From an uncultured Lachnospiraceae bacterium (GTDB taxonomy: Bacteria; Bacillota; Clostridia; Lachnospirales; Lachnospiraceae), in assembly GCA_947625135.1 (NCBI GenBank), contig CANQNE010000011.1, positions 370-64,369 of the forward strand: a stretch of DNA of 64,000 bases, read 5' to 3'. A model generated the notes under the pieces. The model saw only the letters and a list, made by a program, of their open reading frames with translations. It ran no database searches and was not told the DNA's origin. Made by a program: the position numbers and the translations under genes. The first letter of the stretch is position 1; each line of letters opens with the position of its first letter. Shown here piece by piece: positions 16,819-26,812 of the stretch.

Positions 16819-18432
16819 ATGGAGCAGTACAAAGGAAGATCCATCTCTCTGAAAATTGCGGCGGGGCCGGTTTTTTATTATGAGAAAAAGCAGAACCGGG
16901 TAAAGCGGGAGCATGTAGAGGACACCGAAGCAGAGCTGAGACGGCTTGAGGAGGCAAAGACAGCCGCTCTGGAGCAGCTGGATCGCATTTATCAGAAGGC
17001 TTTGAAGGAAGCAGGGCAGGAAGATGCGGCGGTATTTGAAGTGCATAAAATGCTCATGGAAGATAAAGATTATCAGGAATCTATCCGCAATATCATCGAG
17101 GAGCAGCAGGTAAACGCGGCTTATGCGGCAGCAACAGCGGGAGATCATTTCGCGGCTATGCTTTCCGAGATGGAAGACGTTTATATGCAGGCGAGGGCCG
17201 CAGATATCAGGGATGTCACGGAACGGCTTGTGGCGGCGCTTTTGGGACGGGACACAGACGCTGCAGATCCCGATGGGCCGGTGATACTGGCGGCGGAAGA
17301 TCTGGCTCCAAGCGAGACCGTGCAGATGGATAAGTCAAAGATTCTTGCCTTTGTGATCAGAAATGGTTCCGCCAACTCCCACACGGCGATCCTGGCCCGA
17401 TCCATGAATATCCCGGCGATAATGGGCGTAGAGGTCAGCAGGGAGTGGAACGGCAGACAGGCAGTGGTGGATGGCACCGCAGGCACGGTGGTGATCGATC
17501 CGGATGATTCCTATCTGGAGGAGATCCGAGGAAAGATGGCGGAGGAGACGCGCAGGCAAACCCTTTTGCGGGAATTAAAGGGCAAGCCCACGGTCACAAA
17601 GCAGGGCAGGGCGGTGCGCCTTTACGCCAATATCGGCAATGTAACAGATATCGTGAATGTGCAGGAGTATGATGCAGAGGGAATAGGGCTGTTCAGAAGC
17701 GAATTTCTTTATCTGGGGGCAAAAGACTTTCCCACTGAGGAAGAACAGTTTCTGGCATATAAACAGGTTGCGGAGAGCATGGCCGGGAAGAAAGTGATCA
17801 TCCGCACGCTGGATATCGGCGCGGACAAAAAAGCGGATTATTTTCAGCTGGAGCCGGAGGAAAATCCCGCGATGGGCTACCGGGCCATCCGGATCTGTCT
17901 TACCCGGCCGGAGATATTGAAAACCCAGCTTCGAGCCATTTTGCGGGCCAGCGCATACGGAAATATTTCTGTGATGTTTCCCATGATCATTTCTCTGGGT
18001 GAAGTGCGGAAGATTAAGACCATTGTAGAAGAGGTGAAAGGGGAATTAAAGGCGGCGCAGTTCCCATACAGGGATGTGGAACTGGGCGTGATGATCGAAA
18101 CGCCGGCCGCGGTGCTGATCAGCAGAGAATTGGCGAAGGAAGTGGATTTTTTCAGCATCGGCACCAATGATCTGACCCAGTATATGCTGGCTGCAGACCG
18201 TCAGAATCCCCGGTTGGACGCTTTCTATGACGGACACCATCCGGCTGTGCTGGAGGCCATCCGCATGGTGACGGAAAACGGCCACAGAGAAGGAATCTGG
18301 GTAGGGATCTGCGGAGAACTGGCTGCGGACCTGTCATTGACGAAAACCTTTGTGGACATGGGGATCGACGAACTGAGCGTCGCACCCGGTTGTGTGCTAC
18401 AGGTGCGGGAAGCAATACGGGAGCTTTCTTAA
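16819..18432 (+). CDS. ptsI: Phosphoenolpyruvate-protein phosphotransferase (PTS enzyme I)
   Basis: Start moved to the ATG at 16819 (MEQYKGRS). Phospho-His region GSANSHTAILARS and PEP-utiliser C-terminal FFSIGTNDLTQY. Confidence 0.92.
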   Translation: MEQYKGRSISLKIAAGPVFYYEKKQNRVKREHVEDTEAELRRLEEAKTAALEQLDRIYQKALKEAGQEDAAVFEVHKMLMEDKDYQESIRNIIEEQQVNAAYAAATAGDHFAAMLSEMEDVYMQARAADIRDVTERLVAALLGRDTDAADPDGPVILAAEDLAPSETVQMDKSKILAFVIRNGSANSHTAILARSMNIPAIMGVEVSREWNGRQAVVDGTAGTVVIDPDDSYLEEIRGKMAEETRRQTLLRELKGKPTVTKQGRAVRLYANIGNVTDIVNVQEYDAEGIGLFRSEFLYLGAKDFPTEEEQFLAYKQVAESMAGKKVIIRTLDIGADKKADYFQLEPEENPAMGYRAIRICLTRPEILKTQLRAILRASAYGNISVMFPMIISLGEVRKIKTIVEEVKGELKAAQFPYRDVELGVMIETPAAVLISRELAKEVDFFSIGTNDLTQYMLAADRQNPRLDAFYDGHHPAVLEAIRMVTENGHREGIWVGICGELAADLSLTKTFVDMGIDELSVAPGCVLQVREAIRELS

Positions 18433-18487
18433 ATCCGGAACAGATCAATAAAATAAGAATGACGGACCATAATAAAACAAAAAAGGG

Positions 18488-18516
18488 GGCCGCTGCGTGA
18501 TGCAGCGGCCTTTTGT
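18488..18516 (+). terminator. Rho-independent terminator after ptsI
   Basis: GGCCGCTGC-GTGAT-GCAGCGGCC followed by TTTTGT. Confidence 0.75.
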
Positions 18517-18602
18517 GATGCGGCGCAGCCTTTTGAGGGCAGCGCCGTATTTGGTTCTAAAAACGGACGGGCCTCATATATTGAGGTAAGAGAGGTGAGG
18601 AC

Positions 18603-19595
18603 ATGCAAGAGAAAAAAGAAGAATTGCTTCGGATATTTGCACCTTCCGTAAAGAGAATACTGGAGTATGCGCAAATAGACTGGAAAAAGCTGCAGGAGAT
18701 TCGGCTGCGGATTCTTTCCCCGCTGCTGATCATTTATGACGGAAAGGAATATGGATTAAGAAGCGACGGCAGCCTTCTGACGAAAAGCGGGGAAGCGTAC
18801 CGGGTGACAGAGCAGGATCTCCGGGAGACGCTGCAGATTGTATCTTCTTATTCCTTATACGCCTATGAGGAGGAGATCAAACAGGGATTTTTGACTGTGA
18901 GCGGCGGCCACAGGATCGGACTGGCGGGAAAGACCATACTGGAGAAGGGGCTCATCAAAGGGATGCGTTATATTTCCTGCATCAATGTAAGAGCCGCTCA
19001 TCAGATCATTGGCTGCGCGGATCAGGTGATGCCTTATGTGACGGAGAGAGAAAACAGCTGCAGCTGTCTGATCATTTCCCCGCCGGGCTGCGGTAAGACA
19101 ACCCTTCTGCGGGATATGATCAGGCAGTTTTCAGACGGAACAGGGGGCAGATCGGGAAAAGCCGTAGGCGTTGTGGACGAGCGGTCGGAGATCGGCGGCT
19201 GCTACCGGGGGATCCCTCAGAACGATGTAGGTATGCGGACGGATATTCTGGACTGCTGTCCAAAAGCAGAAGGGATGATGATGCTGATCCGCTCTATGGC
19301 TCCGGATATCGTTGCGGTAGACGAAATCGGCGACGAGCGGGATGCGGACGCCATCGAAGCGGTGATACACTGCGGCTGTAAGCTGCTGGCTACCGTACAT
19401 GGGAGTTCTCTGGAGGATATCAGCCGGAAACCCCTGCTGGAACGGCTGACGAAGGAGCGGCTGTTTGACCGGTACATTTTGCTTCAGAACAGGCAGGAGC
19501 AGAGGGGAGAGGGACTGTTGGAGGAAAAGGATCATGTCAGTTCCAGGCTGAAGCTGATTACTGACAGCGCCGGCAATGTGCTGTTTCGCAGATAA
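18603..19595 (+). CDS. spoIIIAA: Stage III sporulation protein AA (ATPase)
   Basis: 330 aa with Walker A SPPGCGKTTLLRD and Walker B-like VAVDEIG. First gene of an eight-gene spoIIIA-type operon. Confidence 0.9.
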   Translation: MQEKKEELLRIFAPSVKRILEYAQIDWKKLQEIRLRILSPLLIIYDGKEYGLRSDGSLLTKSGEAYRVTEQDLRETLQIVSSYSLYAYEEEIKQGFLTVSGGHRIGLAGKTILEKGLIKGMRYISCINVRAAHQIIGCADQVMPYVTERENSCSCLIISPPGCGKTTLLRDMIRQFSDGTGGRSGKAVGVVDERSEIGGCYRGIPQNDVGMRTDILDCCPKAEGMMMLIRSMAPDIVAVDEIGDERDADAIEAVIHCGCKLLATVHGSSLEDISRKPLLERLTKERLFDRYILLQNRQEQRGEGLLEEKDHVSSRLKLITDSAGNVLFRR

Positions 19596-19625
19596 GGACA
19601 ATGCGCAGAAAAAGGAGGAAAAGGG

Positions 19626-20144
19626 ATGCTGAAGCTCGCAGGCGCGGCGACAGTCTGTATATCCGCCGCCGTATTTGGAATCTGTCTTGCGGGGGAATTG
19701 AAGGAAAAGGTAAGGCTATTAGAGGAATTTCGGCGTTGCTTTTTTATGATCCGGGGAGAGATCCGTTTTTCCAACGCTACTTTATCAGAAGCATTTATGT
19801 CGATTGAGAACCGGGGCGCAGAGCCTTTGCCCCGGTTTTTCGGAGAGATGGGAAAGCTGCTGGAAGAAAATCCGGAACGGGGGCTTGGAACGATCTGGCG
19901 GGAACAGACGGCGGAAATATTTGGAAAGAGTGTGTTTTCCGGAGAAGAACTGCAGTGGATCTCCGGACTTGGAGAGAGATTGGGTTATCTGGATCGGGAA
20001 ACGCAGCTGGGCACGCTGGAAATGATTCTGGAGCAGCTGGAGGCAAAGGAAGCGGAGGCAGACAGGATCTATGCAGACAAGGGCAAGGTGTATCGCTGCG
20101 TGGGAGCCATGAGCGGGATTTTGGTCGTTCTGCTATTACTATAA
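19626..20144 (+). CDS. spoIIIAB: Stage III sporulation protein AB
   Basis: 172 aa with N- and C-terminal TM segments. Position and size fit spoIIIAB. Confidence 0.8.
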   Translation: MLKLAGAATVCISAAVFGICLAGELKEKVRLLEEFRRCFFMIRGEIRFSNATLSEAFMSIENRGAEPLPRFFGEMGKLLEENPERGLGTIWREQTAEIFGKSVFSGEELQWISGLGERLGYLDRETQLGTLEMILEQLEAKEAEADRIYADKGKVYRCVGAMSGILVVLLLL

Positions 20145-20157
20145 CAGGAGGTCGTTC

Positions 20158-20352
20158 ATGAGTGTATCAATCATTTTTCGGATCGCGGCGGTAGGGATTC
20201 TGGTGTCTGTGCTGGGACAGGTCTTAAAGCACAGCGGTCGGGACGATCAGGCATTTCTGGCAAGTCTGGCGGGACTTTTGCTGGTACTGTTCTGGATATT
20301 GCCTTACATATATGATCTGTTCGAGACTATTCAGCGCATGTTTTCCCTGTGA
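20158..20352 (+). CDS. spoIIIAC: Stage III sporulation protein AC
   Basis: 64-aa two-TM protein with SD AGGAGG. Operon position fits. Confidence 0.8.
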   Translation: MSVSIIFRIAAVGILVSVLGQVLKHSGRDDQAFLASLAGLLLVLFWILPYIYDLFETIQRMFSL

Positions 20353-20370
20353 GCAAAGAGGAGGAAAATC

Positions 20371-20754
20371 ATGACTATCATCAAGATCGCAGTGATCGGC
20401 ATTGTGGGTGCGATTCTGGCTGCGCAGCTGAAAGAATTTAAATCCGGCCACAGCGTGCTGATGGCACTTGCCGTCGGGCTGATCATTTCCGCATGGACGG
20501 TGAGCAGGCTGGACACAGTGCTGGATATGGTGGACCGGGTACAGAGTCTTGTGTCCGTCAACAGCGCTTATATCCTGACTCTGCTGAAAATGCTCGGCAT
20601 CACCTATATTTCCGACTTCGGCGCAGGATTGTGCAAGGATGCGGGACACAGCGTCATCGCCCACCAGATTGAGATTTTTGGTAAGGTTTCTATTCTGGCA
20701 GTTAGTATGCCGGTGCTGACGGCGTTGATCGAGACGATTGAGAGGTTGCTATGA
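20371..20754 (+). CDS. spoIIIAD: Stage III sporulation protein AD
   Basis: 127-aa polytopic membrane protein with SD GAGGAGG. Operon position fits. Confidence 0.8.
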   Translation: MTIIKIAVIGIVGAILAAQLKEFKSGHSVLMALAVGLIISAWTVSRLDTVLDMVDRVQSLVSVNSAYILTLLKMLGITYISDFGAGLCKDAGHSVIAHQIEIFGKVSILAVSMPVLTALIETIERLL

Positions 20755-21965
20755 CAGATAAAAAGGCGTTTTTTTGGGCGGCTGTATTGCTGGGTGTGTT
20801 GTGTTTGTTCTGTGTGCCTGCCCTGGCCGGCGAAAATGCTGGGGAGCAGCCAGAGACAGGTACGCAAGATCCGGAGGAAAGTCAGTGGCAGCGGCAGCTG
20901 GACCAGAAGTGGGACAGCGCGCTGGAGGACACGGATTTTGAGGAACTGGAGCAGGCCATGGAGGAAGCGCTGGAAACGGATCAGATTTCTTTTGCGGAAC
21001 TGGCGAAAGGGCTGGCCTCCGGAAAGATCAAACCGGATATGGAGCTGGTGCGGGAGCTTGTGAACAAAGGTGTTTTCGGAAATATGAAGGGCGCGAAGGG
21101 GATTCTGACCCAGATTCTGGCACTGTCTATTTTATCCGCTTTCTTTTCCATGATCGCATCGATATTCGGAAACGGACAAGTCTCTGACATCAGCTTCTAT
21201 GTGGTGTTTCTCATATTGCTGGCGCTTTTGATGAGTTCCTTTGCAAGGGCGTCAAAAATCGCGTCGGAAACCATTGAGAAGCTGCTGTTATTTGTAAAGG
21301 TGATGATGCCGGTCTACATGGTGATCGTGGCGGCGGCCGGGGGCGGCACTACAGCGGTGGTGTTTTATGAGTTTTTCCTGTTTTTGGCATTTGTTGTCAA
21401 CTGGCTGATCCTGCGGGTGCTGATACCGATGATCCATGTATATGTGGTGATGGGGGTAGTCAACCATCTTTCGAAGGAGGATCTGTTTTCAAAAGCGGCG
21501 GATCTGATCCGCACAGCGGTAAAGTGGGCGTTAAAGACCATTGTGGGACTGGTGATCGGCTTTCAGCTGCTGCAAAGTCTTATCGCGCCTTTTATCGACA
21601 GCTTCCGGTCCGCCTCCCTGCACCGCACGCTGATGTCCATACCGGGCGTGGGCAACGCCATCAACGGGATCACGGAAATGGCGATCGGGGCGGGAATCCT
21701 TATCAAAAACGGTATGGGCAGCGCGGCGCTGATCGTGATCGTGCTGATCTGCCTGACGCCGGTTCTGATGCTGGGCGTATATGTATTTTTGTTCCAGCTG
21801 TCCAGAGCGCTGATCCAGCCGGTGGCGGATAAGCGGATCCAGAAATGTATCGGCTATGTGCGGGAAGGGACTGCGCTTCTTATGCGCACGCTGATGATCA
21901 CCTGCTTTTTGTTTTTGCTGACTGTTGCGGTACTGACAGCGTCTACAAACGGCGGGATCAGTTAG
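20751..21965 (+). CDS. spoIIIAE: Stage III sporulation protein AE
   Basis: 404 aa: signal peptide, acidic region, then multiple TM segments. Overlaps spoIIIAD by 4 nt. Confidence 0.85.
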   Translation: MTDKKAFFWAAVLLGVLCLFCVPALAGENAGEQPETGTQDPEESQWQRQLDQKWDSALEDTDFEELEQAMEEALETDQISFAELAKGLASGKIKPDMELVRELVNKGVFGNMKGAKGILTQILALSILSAFFSMIASIFGNGQVSDISFYVVFLILLALLMSSFARASKIASETIEKLLLFVKVMMPVYMVIVAAAGGGTTAVVFYEFFLFLAFVVNWLILRVLIPMIHVYVVMGVVNHLSKEDLFSKAADLIRTAVKWALKTIVGLVIGFQLLQSLIAPFIDSFRSASLHRTLMSIPGVGNAINGITEMAIGAGILIKNGMGSAALIVIVLICLTPVLMLGVYVFLFQLSRALIQPVADKRIQKCIGYVREGTALLMRTLMITCFLFLLTVAVLTASTNGGIS

Positions 21966-21982
21966 AAAGGCAGGAGGAAGCC

Positions 21983-22498
21983 ATGGACGGGGTTTTACAG
22001 TGGATCAGGACGGTGATCATTTATCTCATTCTGGTATCGGCGGTAATGCACCTGCTGCCGGACAACGGTTATAAGAAATATGTGCAGCTTTTTACGGGAC
22101 TTCTGCTGATCTTGATCGTTGCGGAGCCGCTGGCGGATTTTCTGGAAGGGGAACAGACGGTGGATAAGATTTACCGGCAGGCGGTGGAATGGCAGGAAAA
22201 GGCGGAGCGGGATCAGGTGCTGGAACAGATCGAGGAGACAGAAAAACAGGCGGTATTGGACATCTATCAGGAGGAAATCGAAAAAGAGATCCGTGAACAG
22301 CTCCTGTCGGAAGGCTATGCGTGCAGAACCATACAGGTGGAGCTTTCGGAACAGGGAGTGGAAGCTGTCTTTGGGGAGCTGATTCCCCCGGAGGAAAGAG
22401 ACAGGATGAAAGAGAGAGAGGAGGAAAGGCGGATGGAAGAATTGATCAGCGAGGTGTATCAAGTCCCGCTGTCTTCTATACAGATTAAAATAGGGTAG
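21983..22498 (+). CDS. spoIIIAF: Stage III sporulation protein AF
   Basis: Start moved to the ATG at 21983, after AGGAGGA. N-terminal sequence MDGVLQWIRTVIIYLILVSAVMHLLP. Confidence 0.8.
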   Translation: MDGVLQWIRTVIIYLILVSAVMHLLPDNGYKKYVQLFTGLLLILIVAEPLADFLEGEQTVDKIYRQAVEWQEKAERDQVLEQIEETEKQAVLDIYQEEIEKEIREQLLSEGYACRTIQVELSEQGVEAVFGELIPPEERDRMKEREEERRMEELISEVYQVPLSSIQIKIG

Positions 22499-22507
22499 GT
22501 GCCGGAT

Positions 22508-23065
22508 ATGAACTGGAAGGGAATTGTTAAGATCAAGAAAGAGCAGGCAGTTGTCGTATTCCTAATAGGCGTATTGCTGATGGTGATCACCCTGCCTGCC
22601 AGAGAGAGTGGAAAGAAAGAAAACAGCGGGCAGCAGTCAGAGACGTCCCGGTATTCGGAACAGGAGGCAGACAGCAGCGGGGAAGATTTTGCGTCGGAGC
22701 TGGAGGCAAAGCTGGAGGATTGCCTTTCACAGATGGACGGGGTGGGAAAAGTGCGGGTGCTGATTACCATGAAGACATCCTCAGAGCAGGTGGTGGCAAA
22801 GGACAGAACGGCTTCGGAATCTGTGCAGAAAGCGGAAGAAGGGGATCAGGAGACGGACAATTCTGAGGAAACGGTCTACCAGGAACAGGACGGGGACAAA
22901 ACGCCGTACATCGTAAAGGAGATTGCGCCTGTGGTGAAGGGGGTGCTGGTGATAGCCCAGGGCGGAGACGATCCGGTGGTGAAACAAAATATATCTGAGG
23001 CGGTGATGGCATTATTTTCCATAGAATCGCATAAAATCAATGTAGTAAGGATGAAGGAAGGGTGA
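22508..23065 (+). CDS. spoIIIAG: Stage III sporulation protein AG
   Basis: ATG at 22508, 6 nt after AGGTG. TM segment followed by a C-terminal ring-building-like region (GVGKVRVLIT...VKGVLVIAQGG). Confidence 0.8.
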   Translation: MNWKGIVKIKKEQAVVVFLIGVLLMVITLPARESGKKENSGQQSETSRYSEQEADSSGEDFASELEAKLEDCLSQMDGVGKVRVLITMKTSSEQVVAKDRTASESVQKAEEGDQETDNSEETVYQEQDGDKTPYIVKEIAPVVKGVLVIAQGGDDPVVKQNISEAVMALFSIESHKINVVRMKEG

Positions 23066-23859
23066 CCAGTGTGACCATGAAGAAAGAGTTGAAAAAACGG
23101 ATATTTAAGAAAAATCAGATCATCATTACGGCGTTGGCGCTGATGATCGCCATAGCGGGATATTTGAATTTTGCGGGCAGAGAAATCACCCCCGAGAGTT
23201 CAAAGGCGCTGTCTGACGCCGCACAGGAGGATTCACAGTTGATGGATCTGTCACAGGAGGATATCGAGGCGCAGAACGTACTGGACGCAGAGGAGGGGAC
23301 GGATATACTGGCAGCCAATGAGGAAGAGGGGGATGAGCTTCCTGTGGCAGATGAAAGCGGAAATGCAGCTGCGGAAACAGAGCAGCCGGCGGGTACCACA
23401 GAAGAGACGGCGGGAGAAGCGCAGACAGACAGTGAAGAGCTGAGCAGCCAGATAGAACAGTCCGGGGAAACGCCGGGAGAGGCCGTGCTGACCACGTCGG
23501 GAGTGGGGATCGTGGCGGCCGCAAAGCTGAACAGGGATCAGGTGCGCTCCAAAAATAAAGAAACATTGCAGGAAGTCGTTGACAGCCAAACCGTGTCAGA
23601 GGCTCAGAGGCAGGCAGCAGTGGACAATATTCTGCTGATGACGGAAAATGCGGAAAAGGAAGTGGCTGCGGAGACACTTCTGCAGGCAAAAGGGTTTACA
23701 GATGTGATCGTCAGCATAACGGAAAATTCCGTGGACGTGGTCGTGAACGCGGGAGAGCTGACGGATGCCAGACTTGCCCAGATCGAGGATATCGTAAAGA
23801 GAAAAACGGGCAGCGAGGGAAAAAATATCGTGATTACGCCGGTGACAGAGCAACAGTAA
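23062..23859 (+). CDS. spoIIIAH: Stage III sporulation protein AH
   Basis: 265-aa ORF. The start is uncertain (GTG 23062 or 23071, or ATG 23077). TM segment, acidic linker, then a C-terminal SpoIIIAH-like domain. Confidence 0.75.
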   Translation: MTSVTMKKELKKRIFKKNQIIITALALMIAIAGYLNFAGREITPESSKALSDAAQEDSQLMDLSQEDIEAQNVLDAEEGTDILAANEEEGDELPVADESGNAAAETEQPAGTTEETAGEAQTDSEELSSQIEQSGETPGEAVLTTSGVGIVAAAKLNRDQVRSKNKETLQEVVDSQTVSEAQRQAAVDNILLMTENAEKEVAAETLLQAKGFTDVIVSITENSVDVVVNAGELTDARLAQIEDIVKRKTGSEGKNIVITPVTEQQ

Positions 23860-23867
23860 AGGGGCTG

Positions 23868-24692
23868 TCATTGCAGCCCCAGTAGTTTTGCCCCGTTTTT
23901 CCAAAGGATGCACGCCTTTTCCTCATCGGTGAGCGGCAGCGCCTGAAAATGAGCAAGATAGTCTTTTTGATCGCTCCATGGACAGTCCGTGGCGAACAGG
24001 ATCTTGTCGGCGCCATGACTGCGTATTATCCGGATCAGCTGTTCATCGGACAGGTAAGGTGTGCTGAAACTGATGTCAAGATAAACAGGTCTGCCCACAA
24101 GAAGCGCTTCCACCTGATCCCACATGCGAAATCCGCCGGTATGGGCAAAGATCAGAGCGCCCTGATCGGTATGTGCAGGCGCCTGCAGAGACACGTCGAT
24201 ATTGTCAAGCAGACGGGCAAGCATCTCCACGGCGGAGTAATTGGGGTCCGGCAGACCGATGTCTACTCCCGCGTGGAAGGTGACAAGGAGCTTCTCGCGA
24301 ATGGCGGCATTGACAATGCGTACATATCGGGGATCATCTGCGTCGACTGACTGATAAGCCGGATGCAGCTTTACCCCCCTCAGCCCGAGAGAAGCAATGT
24401 AAGACAATTTTTCCTCCGGCTCTTCACAGTCCGGATGAATCCCGCCGAAAGAGAAAATACCGTCGCGGCCGTTGATGGCAGCGGCAAATTTCTGAATACT
24501 GTTAAACTGGCTTGGGTTGGTGACCACCGGCAGCACCACGCTGTAATCAATGCCGGCGTTTTTCATGGATGCCTTTAAGCCTGCAAGCGTGCCGTCCGAA
24601 GCGGGCTCTATGCCGCACAGACCGGCCAGATGGGGGATAGTCTTGGGTGCCAGCGTGTCGGGAAAAATATGAGTATGAAAATCGATAATCAT
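23868..24692 (-). CDS. Amidohydrolase-family (TIM-barrel metal-dependent) hydrolase
   Basis: 274 aa beginning MIIDFHTHIFPD. Its start overlaps the stop of the upstream crh-like gene (TGATG). Confidence 0.75.
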   Translation of the reverse strand: MIIDFHTHIFPDTLAPKTIPHLAGLCGIEPASDGTLAGLKASMKNAGIDYSVVLPVVTNPSQFNSIQKFAAAINGRDGIFSFGGIHPDCEEPEEKLSYIASLGLRGVKLHPAYQSVDADDPRYVRIVNAAIREKLLVTFHAGVDIGLPDPNYSAVEMLARLLDNIDVSLQAPAHTDQGALIFAHTGGFRMWDQVEALLVGRPVYLDISFSTPYLSDEQLIRIIRSHGADKILFATDCPWSDQKDYLAHFQALPLTDEEKACILWKNGAKLLGLQ

Positions 24693-24949
24693 CAGCTTGT
24701 TTCACCACTCAGATAACTTGTAACCATATTCAGCGCAGCTTCCTCGTCGGGGCCGTCGGCCGATACAACAACAGTGTCGCCGTTGTTCAGCGACATTGAC
24801 ATAACGCCCATGATACTTTTGGCATTGATATTTTTATTATCGGATGTTAAGTATACTTTACTTTCGTACTGGCTGGCAATCTGTACCAGCATGGCTACAG
24901 GACGCACGTCAGAGCCGGTAGGTAATTGAACCTGAACTGATTTTTGCAT
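24692..24949 (-). CDS. Crh-like HPr paralogue (Ser46 present, His15 replaced by Asp)
   Basis: 85 aa. GSDVRPVAML sits where GxHARPA is expected, and the canonical NAKSIMGVMS Ser46 region is present. Located downstream of whiA, as crh is in Bacillus. Confidence 0.8.
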   Translation of the reverse strand: MQKSVQVQLPTGSDVRPVAMLVQIASQYESKVYLTSDNKNINAKSIMGVMSMSLNNGDTVVVSADGPDEEAALNMVTSYLSGETS

Positions 24950-24963
24950 GATTTACTCTCTCC

Positions 24964-25896
24964 TTATTGATTTCCTCTGATCCGGTCCGCGATCTGACTC
25001 AGCTTACGGAACCGGTGATTAACGCCTGATTTCCCAAGGGGAGGGGACAGCATTGCGCCCAGATCCCTGATGGGAAGTTCAGGGTTTTCCAGCCTCAAAC
25101 AGGCAATCTCCTGTAAAGTCGGCGGCAGGGAAGAAAGTCCGGAAGTCTTTTCAATCAATAGTATGTCGTCTCTCTGCCTGGAAGATGCGGTTACTGTCTT
25201 CTGGCTGTTTGCCACGTCGCAGTTTGTCTGCCGGTTGATGGTGTTGGCAATATCCCGCAGAATACGTATATTTTCAAATGCCATTAAGGCAACGTGGGCC
25301 TCCATAAGATTCAGCAGATCTACGATCTGCTCGCCCTCTTTTAAGTAAACGACAAATTGCTTTTTGCGGGGAACCGTTCTGGCATTCAGGGAAAAGCCGT
25401 TTAACAGCTCCTGAAGCTGGAGCGCTTTTGATTCGGTGTCACAGACAAATTCCAGATGATAGGATTTCTCCGGATTGCTCATGGACCCGGACATCAGAAA
25501 TGCGCCTCGCAAAAATGCGCGTTTACAGCAGGTTTGCTGAAGCAGAAGAGGACTGACCAGAGTATGGGCAGCATGGGGCAGCTTCAGAGTCTCCACGATG
25601 CGGAGACAGTCGTCAGACCTGCAGACGGTAATTCTATAGATGCGGACATTCTTTGAAACAGAATGGCATCTGACAGCGATTTCAGCATATATATTAAAAC
25701 ACTTTTTCAATAATGTACAGTATTTTTTTGCGATAAAAATATTTTCGGTCTGGACGCAAATACTACATTCGGACGGCTCCTCAAAAATGATCCGGCCGCC
25801 GAAACCGATGATGGCGGCAAGCTCCGCAATCTGGCAGTGACGCCGTTTGCTGGTAGTTTTTGCCAGCTCTTTTTTGATATCTCCTGAAAATGACAT
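24964..25896 (-). CDS. whiA: DNA-binding protein WhiA
   Basis: 310 aa. N-terminal MSFSGDIKKELAK, LAGLIDADG-like repeats, and a C-terminal HTH (LGKSGVNHRFRKL). Confidence 0.9.
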   Translation of the reverse strand: MSFSGDIKKELAKTTSKRRHCQIAELAAIIGFGGRIIFEEPSECSICVQTENIFIAKKYCTLLKKCFNIYAEIAVRCHSVSKNVRIYRITVCRSDDCLRIVETLKLPHAAHTLVSPLLLQQTCCKRAFLRGAFLMSGSMSNPEKSYHLEFVCDTESKALQLQELLNGFSLNARTVPRKKQFVVYLKEGEQIVDLLNLMEAHVALMAFENIRILRDIANTINRQTNCDVANSQKTVTASSRQRDDILLIEKTSGLSSLPPTLQEIACLRLENPELPIRDLGAMLSPPLGKSGVNHRFRKLSQIADRIRGNQ

Positions 25897-25913
25897 ACAC
25901 TTGCTCCCCGGCT

Positions 25914-26783
25914 TTATACTGCCTTTCCTTTCAGAATATCCCTGTGCTCGGTGGAAACGCTGACAGAGTCCATTTTCTGCATATAGGAGCTGAGGGTGTT
26001 GGCAAGGGTCACGGACCGGTGTTTTCCTCCTGTGCAGCCCACGGCGATTACCAGAGCGCTTCTGTCTTCCTCCACATATCTGGGGATCAGAAAATCAAAC
26101 AGATCATATAATTTTTCCAAAAAGGTTTTACATTCCGGAAAACCGGTAACAAAATCCTGAACAGGCTGATCGTTTCCCGTCAGGTCTTTCAGCTCCGCCA
26201 CATAATAAGGATTGGGAAGGAAACGTACGTCCAGAACCAGATCCGCGTCGGAAGGAAGACCGTATTTGTAGCCGAAAGAAATGACGGAGATCTTTAATTT
26301 CTGGGAAGCGGTGTCAATAGAAAAAATCTTTTCCAGACTGTTCTGCAGCTGGCGGGTGAGCAGGTCGCTGGTGTCCAGAATGTAGTCGGCCCGTTCTTTT
26401 AAAAAGGCGATCTTTTTCCGTTCCGTTCCAATGCCGTCCTCCATGCGCCCATGCTGGGCAAGCGGGTGGCTGCGACGTGTTTCTTTGTAGCGTTTTACAA
26501 GCGTCTCAGTGCTGCAGTCCAGATATAAAATCTCATATTCAAAATTGGATTCCTCAAATCGGGTCAGCGTGGATTCCAGCTCCTGCAGGGCTTCACCGCT
26601 GCGGATATCGATCCCCACCGCCACATTGCCGATCCCGGAATTGGGGGTGTGGAGCAGTTTTCCAAAGGAGACCATGAGAAAGATGGGCAGATTGTCAATG
26701 CAGAAATAGCCCATATCCTCCAGAACCTTCAAGGCAGTGGATTTACCGGCTCCCGACATACCTGTCACGATCAAAAAACGCAT
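25914..26783 (-). CDS. rapZ: RNase adapter protein RapZ (YvcJ-type P-loop NTPase)
   Basis: 289 aa beginning MRFLIVTGMSGAGKSTALKVLEDMGYFCIDNLP, with C-terminal GCTGGKHRSV. Confidence 0.92.
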   Translation of the reverse strand: MRFLIVTGMSGAGKSTALKVLEDMGYFCIDNLPIFLMVSFGKLLHTPNSGIGNVAVGIDIRSGEALQELESTLTRFEESNFEYEILYLDCSTETLVKRYKETRRSHPLAQHGRMEDGIGTERKKIAFLKERADYILDTSDLLTRQLQNSLEKIFSIDTASQKLKISVISFGYKYGLPSDADLVLDVRFLPNPYYVAELKDLTGNDQPVQDFVTGFPECKTFLEKLYDLFDFLIPRYVEEDRSALVIAVGCTGGKHRSVTLANTLSSYMQKMDSVSVSTEHRDILKGKAV

Positions 26784-26812
26784 GGCATCATCTCCTTTGT
26801 GAGAACCACCTG

